Shown here: one piece after another, positions 56,312 to 64,000 of the stretch | How positions within the stretch are numbered: the first letter of the stretch is position 1 | How the letters are laid out: each line of letters begins with the position of its first letter | NCBI GenBank assembly: GCA_042216675.1 | Contig: JBDGTS010000018.1 | Location: 1-64,000 of the forward strand | Direction: 5' to 3' | Length of the DNA: 64,000 nucleotides | From: Halobacteriaceae archaeon | GTDB taxonomy: Archaea; Halobacteriota; Halobacteria; Halobacteriales; Halobacteriaceae | The notes under the pieces: model-generated | What the model was told of the DNA's origin: nothing | Database searches by the model: none | The model's input: the letters and a program-made list of their open reading frames with translations, nothing else | Position numbers and translations under genes: made by a program

Positions 56312-57516
56312 GACGACCACTCCCAGTGTTGGACCGCGACCGATTCACCCGCGTCGATGCCCTCCCGGGACTCGGGGACGACGACCCACCCGTCGGCGAG
56401 CGCCACCGACGAGAGGACGCCGGACCCACTCGCCCGCGTCGGCGTCGCCTCGTCGCCGTCGAGACGGACCCGCGCGAAGGTTCGGGTGCCCGGTTCGCTC
56501 GCTATCTTCCGGGCGAGCGTCGCATCGGTCGTCGGCAGGTCGGGGCAGGGGAGGTGCCCCGCCCGCTTCAGCGCGGGGCGGAGGAACTGCACGGCGTTGA
56601 CGATGCAGGCGACGGGGTAGCCCGGCAGTGCCAGCACGGGCGTCTCCTCGACGCTACCGAGTGCGACCGGGTGCCCGGGCTTCAGCGCGACGCCGTGGAC
56701 CAGCACCTCGCCCGCCTCGGAGAGGACCTCGGGGAGCAAATCGCGCTCGCCCACCGAGGAGCCGCCGGTGGTGACCACCACGTCGTGGTCGAGGTCGCGG
56801 CGAATCGCCTCGGCCAGCGCCGATTCGTCGTCGGTGACCACGTCGCGGTACGTCGGGTCGCCGCCCCACCGGCGGACGTACTGGGTGACCGTCTGCCCGT
56901 TCGTCTCGACGACTTCGCCGGGGGCGGGATCGGCCTGCACGAGTTCCTCGCCCGTCGGAATCACGCTGACGCGGGGCCGCTCGTACACCTCGACGGTGCC
57001 GCGCCCGACGGCCTTCAACAGCCCCAAATCGGAGGGGCGAAGGCGGTGTCCGGGGTCGTACAGGTGCTGGCCCTCGCTCACGTCCTCGCCGACTGGGGCG
57101 ACGTTCTCGCCCTCCGCGACGGCGTCGAAGACGGCGATGCGGTCCTCGCCCTCGGTATCCGTCTGCTCGATTTTGACGACGGCGTCCGCGCCCTCGGGCA
57201 GTTCGCTCCCGGTGTGGACCCGCGCGGCCGCGTCCGGACCGGCGCAGTCCCCGACGCGGAGCGACGCGGGCGACCGGTCGCTCGCGCCGAAGGTGTCTGC
57301 CGCCCGGACTGCGTACCCGTCCATCGCGGCCCGGGAGTAGTGTGGCACCGGCCGGGGCGCCGTCACCGATTCGGCGAGGGCGCGGCCGTCCGCGTCGGTC
57401 AGCGGGACCGTCTCCGTCCGGTCGTGGGGGGACATCGCCGACAGCAGGCGGTCCCGGGCCGCCGCGACCCGAGTCCGGTCCTTGAACCCCGCCGACCGGC
57501 GCTCCTCGTGGCTCAT
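56308..57516 (-). CDS. moeA: Molybdopterin molybdo/tungstotransferase MoeA
   Basis: RAAMDGYA, PTGEEL, TGGSSVG..D, LKPG.P, LPGYP. Confidence 0.93.
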   Translation of the reverse strand: MSHEERRSAGFKDRTRVAAARDRLLSAMSPHDRTETVPLTDADGRALAESVTAPRPVPHYSRAAMDGYAVRAADTFGASDRSPASLRVGDCAGPDAAARVHTGSELPEGADAVVKIEQTDTEGEDRIAVFDAVAEGENVAPVGEDVSEGQHLYDPGHRLRPSDLGLLKAVGRGTVEVYERPRVSVIPTGEELVQADPAPGEVVETNGQTVTQYVRRWGGDPTYRDVVTDDESALAEAIRRDLDHDVVVTTGGSSVGERDLLPEVLSEAGEVLVHGVALKPGHPVALGSVEETPVLALPGYPVACIVNAVQFLRPALKRAGHLPCPDLPTTDATLARKIASEPGTRTFARVRLDGDEATPTRASGSGVLSSVALADGWVVVPESREGIDAGESVAVQHWEWSS

Positions 57517-57563
57517 GGCTGGGTCGTCGTGGCCGACGGGCAAAAATCCACGCGCCGGCGCCC

Positions 57564-58940
57564 TCAGTTTCGACCCCCGACGAGGGACGAGACCAACTCT
57601 CGGCCGGCGTCGAGTACCGTCCCGAGGCGGTCCTCGCTCTCCGCCTCCGCGTAGACGCGCATCTTCGGTTCGGTGTTGCTGGGACGCAAGAGGAGCCACG
57701 ACCCGTCCGCGAACCGGACCTTGAAGCCGTCCACGGTAGAGACGCCCGCAACGGAGACGCCGCCCACCGCGTCGGGCAGGCGGTCACCCACCGCCTCGAC
57801 GACCCGTTCTTTCTCACCCTCGGGGCAGGGGACGCTCACCTTCTCGGAGAACAGCGGTCCGTGGGCGTCCAGAATCGCGTCGAGGCGGCGGTCCAGCGGT
57901 CGGGTCGCGGCCGCGGCAGCGAGCACGAGGGCGTTCGCCACGCCGTCGCGATTCGGGATGTGGCCCCGGAGGGCGAAGCCGCCCGTCTCCTCGCCGGCGA
58001 CGAGTGGGTCCTCCGCGATGGAGGCCGCCGCGATGTTGCCGAAGCCGACGGGTCGCTCGTGGACGGACTGGCCGTGCGCGGCGGCGACGCGGTCCACGAG
58101 CGACGTGGTGGACACCGAGCGGACTGCCGGCCCGGCGTCGCAGTCGAGGAGGTGGTCGTAGAGGAGCGCGAACGTGTGGCCGCCGTTGAGGACGCCGCGG
58201 TCCGGAGTGGCGAGGACCACCCGGTCGGCGTCGCCGTCGTTGGCGATACCGAAGTCGGCGCCCCCCTCGACGGCCGCGACGAGGGGGGTCAGACGGTCGG
58301 GCTTCGGTTCGGGCGCCGTGCCGCCGAAGTCGGGGATCCGGTCACAGCGGACCCGCACCACCTCGGCGCCGGCGCGTTCGAGGAGGGCATCGGTGACGCC
58401 CCGACCGCTCCCGTGCATCGCGTCGTACGCCACCGTCAGCCCCGAGAGGTCGGGGTCGCCGGCCAGCGCGAGGGCCTGTTCGGCGTGGGGACCCACTACG
58501 TCGATTTCGCGTACTGACCCGCCAGCACCCGTCGGGTCGGCGCCGAGGTGTGCCTCGATGGCCCGTGCCGTCTCGCCGAAGGCGGGGGCGCCGTCCCAGC
58601 GGATGAACTTCACGCCGTTGTAGTTCGGGGGGTTGTGCGAGGCCGTCACCATCAGGCCGCCGGCGAAGTCGCGGTCCGCGACGGCCCACGAGAACAGCGG
58701 CGTCGGGTAGTCGCGGTCGGCCACGGCCACGTCGCGCCCGGCGTCGACGAGGACCGATTCGAGCGCCGCCGCGAACCGCGGCGAGGAGTCGCGCGCGTCG
58801 TGGCCGACGACCACGGGTCCATCGCGCCCCTCGTCGTCGAGGACGGCCGCGACGGCGCGCCCGACGGCCCGAACGCGGGGGAGCGTGAACTCGTCGAGGG
58901 TCGTCCGCCATCCGTCGCTGCCGAAGGAGACTCCCTGCAT
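57564..58940 (-). CDS. Phosphomannomutase/phosphoglucomutase family protein
   Basis: FGSDGWR, TASHNP, DGDADR, GEETGG, RPSNTEP. Confidence 0.93.
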   Translation of the reverse strand: MQGVSFGSDGWRTTLDEFTLPRVRAVGRAVAAVLDDEGRDGPVVVGHDARDSSPRFAAALESVLVDAGRDVAVADRDYPTPLFSWAVADRDFAGGLMVTASHNPPNYNGVKFIRWDGAPAFGETARAIEAHLGADPTGAGGSVREIDVVGPHAEQALALAGDPDLSGLTVAYDAMHGSGRGVTDALLERAGAEVVRVRCDRIPDFGGTAPEPKPDRLTPLVAAVEGGADFGIANDGDADRVVLATPDRGVLNGGHTFALLYDHLLDCDAGPAVRSVSTTSLVDRVAAAHGQSVHERPVGFGNIAAASIAEDPLVAGEETGGFALRGHIPNRDGVANALVLAAAAATRPLDRRLDAILDAHGPLFSEKVSVPCPEGEKERVVEAVGDRLPDAVGGVSVAGVSTVDGFKVRFADGSWLLLRPSNTEPKMRVYAEAESEDRLGTVLDAGRELVSSLVGGRN

Positions 58941-59056
58941 CTGCCGTTGTTCTCACTCGGGGGCACGTCGCCAAAGTCCTGCCGGACTCTCAGGCTGGGC
59001 GGCGACAGCAGACCGGGCGTGCGTCCGACGGCGAGAGCGGCGCGTCCCCGGCGGGA

Positions 59057-59899
59057 CTACCAGTCGAGAACGTCCGGTCGCGCCCGCAGAAGCGTGTGGA
59101 GGTGGTCGGCGCCGTCCAGAACCGTCAGGTCGGCCGTCGGCAGGCGGTCAGCGAGGCGCCGAGCGCCCGGAAGCGGCACGTTCTCGTCGGCACCTCCGTG
59201 AAAGAGTCGGACCGGTCGGTCCACGCGGTCCGCGAGGTCAGCCCACGCCTCAGCGAGGAGGCGCGTCTCCGCGACGAATCCATTCCCGCCCTCCTCGAAG
59301 GCGGCGCGAAAGTCGCGACCGGCCCGGGAGCGCACGGCCTCGGACACCTCGTCGTCGCTGGTCGCGTACTGCCCGACGGCGGCGCTATCCGGCGCATGCC
59401 GCCCGAGGCGCGAGAGCGCGGCGAGCAGACGGGGGGTCCGGGCGGCGAGCGATTCGAGGACCCGGAGGGGGGCCGGCGGCGTCGCACGGAGCGAGGGCGG
59501 GACGGCGCCCGCGACGACGTCCACCGAGGAAATCCGTACGGGGCGTGTCGCCGCCGCCGCGAGCGCGTGGGGGCCACCGCCGGAGAAGCCGATGACCCGG
59601 GCGGCCTCGGCGCCGACGTCGTCGAGAACGGCCGCGGTCAGCGCACCGGCGTCCGCGAGCGAGCGGTCCGACCACGCGGCCGAGCGGCCGTAGCCGGGCC
59701 GGTCCGGCACCACCACCCGGACGCCGTGCCGCCGCGCCGCGTCGTCGAACAGCGCACCGAACAGCCGGGACCCGGGCGTGCCGTGGAAGGCGAGAGCCGG
59801 GTCGCCGCTCGGGTCGCCGTAGGACGCGTAGGCGACGGTGTAGCCATCGACGCGAAGAGTGTCCGTCCGCTCGGCCGGGTCTGAGAGCGCGTCCGCCAT
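59057..59899 (-). CDS. Alpha/beta hydrolase
   Basis: FHGTPGSR, DRPGYGRS, GFSGG nucleophile elbow, HG..D..VP, DH. Confidence 0.9.
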   Translation of the reverse strand: MADALSDPAERTDTLRVDGYTVAYASYGDPSGDPALAFHGTPGSRLFGALFDDAARRHGVRVVVPDRPGYGRSAAWSDRSLADAGALTAAVLDDVGAEAARVIGFSGGGPHALAAAATRPVRISSVDVVAGAVPPSLRATPPAPLRVLESLAARTPRLLAALSRLGRHAPDSAAVGQYATSDDEVSEAVRSRAGRDFRAAFEEGGNGFVAETRLLAEAWADLADRVDRPVRLFHGGADENVPLPGARRLADRLPTADLTVLDGADHLHTLLRARPDVLDW

Positions 59900-59984
59900 C
59901 AACGTTACCTCGGGGACCAGCGGGCGTGTGACTGGCCCCGGACAGATGCGGTCGTTTAAGTATATCGGCGCGGTCGAGCCCGGC

Positions 59985-60629
59985 GTGAAGCGCGCAACCG
60001 TCGAAGTCACGTACCCGCCGGAAATGGCCCACCCCCTCCACCGTCGGCTGAGGACGGCCGACGGCGTCTCGCGGATGGACCTGCTGATGTGGGGGCCGAC
60101 GGAGTCGGTGACGACGCTCTCGTGGTTCGACGCCGACCGCGAGACGGTCACCGACCTGTTGGGTGCCGTCGCCTCCGCGGAGTCGACCGCGCTCGTCGCC
60201 GGCGACGGCGGCACGTACGCCTTCGTGAGCCAGACGGCCTACGAGTTCGACGACGCGGTGATGGGGCTCGTAGCCGACGCCGAGGCCGTCTTCCTCCCGC
60301 CCGTGACGTTCCGCGCGGACGGCACCGCGACCATCGAGGCCGTCGGGGAGGCGGCGGGCCTGAGCGCCCTGTTCGACGCCTTGCGGGAGACGCTCGACGC
60401 GTCCATCGTCGCCGTCCGTCCGTTTTGGCGCCGCGGGTCGGCCGCCGCGCTCACCGACCGTCAGCGGACGGCGCTCCGGACGGCGCTCTCGGCTGGCTAC
60501 TACGACGTGCCGCGCACGGCCGGCGTCGAAGCCGTCGCCGACGAACTCGACTGCGCGACGAGTACGGCCGGCGAGCTGCTCCGGAAGGCCGAATCGGCCG
60601 TCGTCGCGGCGCACGTGGGGGGCCGCTGA
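59985..60629 (+). CDS. Bat-like HTH_10 transcription regulator
   Basis: LTDRQ..AL..A...GYYDVPR......VA.EL....STA...LRKAE; divergent from the hydrolase. Confidence 0.88.
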   Translation: MKRATVEVTYPPEMAHPLHRRLRTADGVSRMDLLMWGPTESVTTLSWFDADRETVTDLLGAVASAESTALVAGDGGTYAFVSQTAYEFDDAVMGLVADAEAVFLPPVTFRADGTATIEAVGEAAGLSALFDALRETLDASIVAVRPFWRRGSAAALTDRQRTALRTALSAGYYDVPRTAGVEAVADELDCATSTAGELLRKAESAVVAAHVGGR

Positions 60630-60634
60630 GGGCA

Positions 60635-62362
60635 CTACTCCAGCGCACGGTCCAGCGCATCCCGGAACGCGGACACAGTGTCGTATCGCTCGCCGGGGTC
60701 CACGGCCATCGCACCGGAGAGCGCGTCGTCGACGGCCGGCGAGAGGTCGGTCACGTCGGCGACCGGGGTCCGCGCATCGGTGCGTATTGCGTCCGCGAGG
60801 GCCGTCCCCTCGGCGTCGAACGGCGGCCGGTTCGTCAGCAGATACTGCGCGAGTGCGCCCAGCCGGTACACGTCGGTCACTCGGGTGGACTGGTCGGGCG
60901 CGTCGACCTGTTCGGGCGCGGTGTACGGCGTCACCGAGTGTTCCTCGACCGCGGCGCGAACACCGGTCGTCACACCCCAGTCCGCGACAGCGAGCGTCGG
61001 GCGGCCGTCGGCCGGTCTCAGAACCCGCACGGCCGCCGGTCGCAGCGCTCCGTGGACGAGGTTGTAGCGCGCACCCGTCCGCATCGCCTCGACCACGTCA
61101 TCGAAGAGGGAACGGCGCTGGTCCGCGTCGACCTCGCTCACGCCCGCGTCGGCGAGTGACGCGTCCCCTGCCGCGAAGGCGACCCACGGGCGCGGCGCCG
61201 TGCCCGTCCCGAACACCTCCGCGACGCCGGGGTTGTGCGAGATGCCACGCCAGCGGTCGGCGGCGCTCGTGAACGCGTCGCGGGCCGCCGGCCGGTCGGC
61301 GTCGGGACTGAGCGCGTACAGCACAGCGGCGTCGTCCACGTCCGCGAGCCGTCCCGTGTAGACGTGGACGGGGCCGTCCGTTTGTACGGCCTCCGCCTCG
61401 CGAACGTCGTCACAGCGTGCCGCGAAACGCTCGGCGACATCCGTCGTGTCGTCCACATCGGAGCCAGTGTCCGCGTCCATATCGTCAGTCCGCGCTGGCT
61501 CTGCGTCGTCAACCGACTCTTCGTCTGCGTCGTCGACCGACTCGGACCGGTCCTGCTCGCCGCCCTCGACGGCCGCTTTGAGGTGGCGCGCGAGCGACGG
61601 GGTGATACTGTCGACAGCGGCGAGTTCGGCAGGGCTCGCCCCTCGAACGTCGGCGGTCGATTCGAAGCCGGCCGCGTCGAGGGCGGCGGCAACGTCGTGG
61701 TCGACCCCCGATATATCGGTGAGAGGGCCGTGCGCGTCATCTCCTGCGGGCGCGCCGGCGCCCGAGAGGGCGTAACTGACCGCGTGTCGGAAGCCGACGA
61801 CTGCACAGATGCCGAGGGCGAACACGTGCCCCGCCGCCGTGTACTCCGGGGCCATGTAGGGTTCCCCGTCCGTGAAGCCGTACTGCCACAGCCACATCTG
61901 GTAGGGGGCGTAAGCCATGGCGAGGACAGCCAGGAAGAAGAGGCCGAACGGCGCGGGGTTGGGCCACGCGCTCCGCTGGATGGCGACGTGGACACCGGTC
62001 CCGAAGAAAAAGAGTCCAAGGGGGGCGACCAGGACTGCGCCGTTGACGATTGGCCGCCCGCCCAACGCCATCACCACGGGGTCGAAGCCGACGGCGCCGA
62101 AGACGACGAGGGTCACGGTGACGAGCAAGGTCACTACAAGCGACCGCGCGGACCCGTCGAGGAACGGCCCGAGAAGAAGGTGTACGCCAGCGGCCGCCGA
62201 CATAGTGGCGGCAATCCCGATTCCCAAAAGAAGAGGCGTTTCGAGCGGCGACACACCCATTTTGGCCTCGTGAAATCCGGTTCGATTGAGGGCGAGAAAC
62301 AGGGTGGAGCAGACACTCCACCAGAGTACCACTCCCCACCTCGCGACTCTCTCATCCCACAT
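60635..62362 (-). CDS. Multi-TM + HhH + Ser/Thr kinase-like (pseudokinase) protein
   Basis: About 6 TM helices, LTDISGV....AAALDAAGF (HhH), HNPGV, LVHGALRP, DWG, YTAPEQ, DVYRLG. Confidence 0.8.
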   Translation of the reverse strand: MWDERVARWGVVLWWSVCSTLFLALNRTGFHEAKMGVSPLETPLLLGIGIAATMSAAAGVHLLLGPFLDGSARSLVVTLLVTVTLVVFGAVGFDPVVMALGGRPIVNGAVLVAPLGLFFFGTGVHVAIQRSAWPNPAPFGLFFLAVLAMAYAPYQMWLWQYGFTDGEPYMAPEYTAAGHVFALGICAVVGFRHAVSYALSGAGAPAGDDAHGPLTDISGVDHDVAAALDAAGFESTADVRGASPAELAAVDSITPSLARHLKAAVEGGEQDRSESVDDADEESVDDAEPARTDDMDADTGSDVDDTTDVAERFAARCDDVREAEAVQTDGPVHVYTGRLADVDDAAVLYALSPDADRPAARDAFTSAADRWRGISHNPGVAEVFGTGTAPRPWVAFAAGDASLADAGVSEVDADQRRSLFDDVVEAMRTGARYNLVHGALRPAAVRVLRPADGRPTLAVADWGVTTGVRAAVEEHSVTPYTAPEQVDAPDQSTRVTDVYRLGALAQYLLTNRPPFDAEGTALADAIRTDARTPVADVTDLSPAVDDALSGAMAVDPGERYDTVSAFRDALDRALE

Positions 62363-62471
62363 GAGTGATGGAATTTTGGAGGCGGTTGCATATAACCTGT
62401 GCTCGTAATGAACAGTTCGACGTACACCGGGCCTTCGACGCGAAGAACGCCAGACTGGGGAGTGCTTCTGG

Positions 62472-62543
62472 GCCGGAACCCACGAGTACGTCTGCATCCC
62501 TCACGAAGCGGCCGGGATGACCGGCACAGTCGTCGTGGAGTAG
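62472..62543 (+). pseudogene. 3' remnant of a halocyanin/plastocyanin-type blue copper protein gene
   Basis: AGTHEYVCIPHEAAGMTGTVVVE* (C-x-P-H-x3-G-M-x-G); no in-frame start after the TGA at 62409. Confidence 0.75.
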
Positions 62544-62807
62544 TCAGGCGCTCGCCGGTTCGAAGATGAACGCCGTTTCGTCGTCGATGGCGTCGCCATC
62601 GGCGACGGACGTGACGCGGAGAGTGACCCCATGGCTCGTCCCACAGCCGTCGCTGACGAACTCCGTCCACTCGTCGCCGACCGACACCCGGCCCGAGTGC
62701 GTCCGCCGGAGGTACGAGCGGTAGGACTCACTGTCGAGTTCCGCCGCGGTCCGGTCGTTCGCGGGCGAGAACTCCACGACCACCCGGGAGGCGCCCGTCT
62801 CGCTCAT
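62544..62807 (-). CDS. Small conserved haloarchaeal protein
   Basis: MSETGASRVVVEF...YRSYLRR.H...VGDEWTEFVSDGCG. Confidence 0.7.
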   Translation of the reverse strand: MSETGASRVVVEFSPANDRTAAELDSESYRSYLRRTHSGRVSVGDEWTEFVSDGCGTSHGVTLRVTSVADGDAIDDETAFIFEPASA

Positions 62808-62903
62808 ACCGGCTCTTCGGCCCCGGCGACAAAGAGTGTATTCACGGCCGCATCTCGCGCGGCGACGGAGCATATTCATGCGGCCGTTCACAGATTCACG
62901 GCC

Positions 62904-63913
62904 ATGAATACTGGCGCCTCGGCGACGCAGCGCCGGCGTTCTTCGCGACGGTGGTCGAGTCAGTCGGCGTCGGAGTCGCCATCTCCGGGGCCGACGGGCG
63001 CTACATCTACGTCAACGACTAGGCGTCGCTGTTCGGCGTCTCACAGTCGGCGCTCGCGGGGGTGGCGCTCTGGGAAATCGTGCGGGACATCGAGGCCGAG
63101 AAGTTCGACGGCTACTGGGCGGTGTTCGACGAAGGCGACACGCGCGAGGCCGAAACCGTCCACCGACACGACGGCCGGGCGGTGCCGGTGGTGACGGTGA
63201 CCGCCCAGCGGACGATAGACGGCCCCCCGTACCACTTCGGCACCAGCAAGGACGTCTCCGAGCGGAAGGCCCGGGAGCGTGAGATAGCGCGACAGAACGA
63301 GCGACTGGAGAACTTCACGAGCATCGTGTCACACGACCTTCGGAACCCGCTGAACGTCGCTCAGGGCTCCCTCGACATCGTTCAGGGGGACGGCGAGCGT
63401 GACGAACTCCGACTGGTGGACAACGCGCTCGGTCGAATGGACACGCTCATCACCGAACCGCTGGAACTCGCGTGGAGCAACGACGGCGTGGGCGCGACGG
63501 CACCGGTGTCGCTGAGCGCGACGGCGGAGCGTGCGTGGAAGAGCGTCTCGACGGCTGACGCGACCCTCCAGACCCCGGACGCGTCACTGGAACTGGTCGC
63601 GGACGGGTCACGTCTCCAGCAACCGTTCGAGAACCTCTTTCGGAATTCGGTGGAACACGGCCCGAGGGACGTGACTGTAACCGTCGGCGAGACGTCGGGC
63701 GGGTTCTACGTGGCGGACGACGGCCCCGGCATCCCGCCCGAGGACCGCGAGCGAGTGTTCGAGGTGGGCGTCACGACGAACGAAGACGGGACGGGGTTCG
63801 GGTTGAGCATCGTGAAGCAGATCGTCCTCGGCCACGACTGGGAGAGACGGGTCACGGAGAGCGACGCGGGGGGCGCGCGGTTCGAAGTGAGCGGCGTCGA
63901 GTTCGTGGAGTGA
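62904..63913 (+). pseudogene. Disrupted PAS sensor histidine kinase
   Basis: PAS reading YIYVND*ASLFG has an in-frame TAG at 63020-63022; the nearest ATG (62904) is out of frame; SHDLRNPL, ENLFRNS, DDGPG and GTGFGL remain downstream. Confidence 0.75.
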
Positions 63914-64000
63914 CCTGGGCGAGGAGGAGGGCCGTCCGAATCGCTGGGGCAAGCAAAACGGGCCGGAGCGCTCTCGCCGACGGCGACCACACGTCCATTC

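Overview
High-GC window from a haloarchaeon (Halobacteria), judged by acidic proteins, archaeal BRE/TATA promoters and Lsm-rpl37e, priS-GINS and archease-rtcB gene pairs. From left to right it holds: housekeeping genes (partial purF, rpl37e, Lsm, M42 peptidase, tRNA-Leu(GAG)); a three-gene operon just after the tRNA (a 1050-aa tubulin/FtsZ-superfamily protein with a very large coiled-coil insertion, a multi-TM protein with a TRAFAC-type GTPase domain, and a tail-anchored protein); core genes (MBF1, cdc48, GINS, priS, archease, intein-containing rtcB, IscA/SufA, hisD and others); a ~25-kb W/Mo-cofactor and formate-dehydrogenase cluster (modE-like, wtpABC, moaC/B/E/A, yqeC, mobA, a degenerate AOR, a TorD chaperone, an HdrA/MvhD-like polyferredoxin, a Tat-exported FDH, two moeA); and a variable right end (membrane-HhH-pseudokinase, halocyanin remnant, decaying sensor kinase). 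The best candidate for an uncharacterised system is the tubulin-like/membrane-GTPase operon (4946-10612). The next best is the atypical set of redox and cofactor proteins in the FDH cluster. All calls come from motif recognition by eye; no database searches were run.
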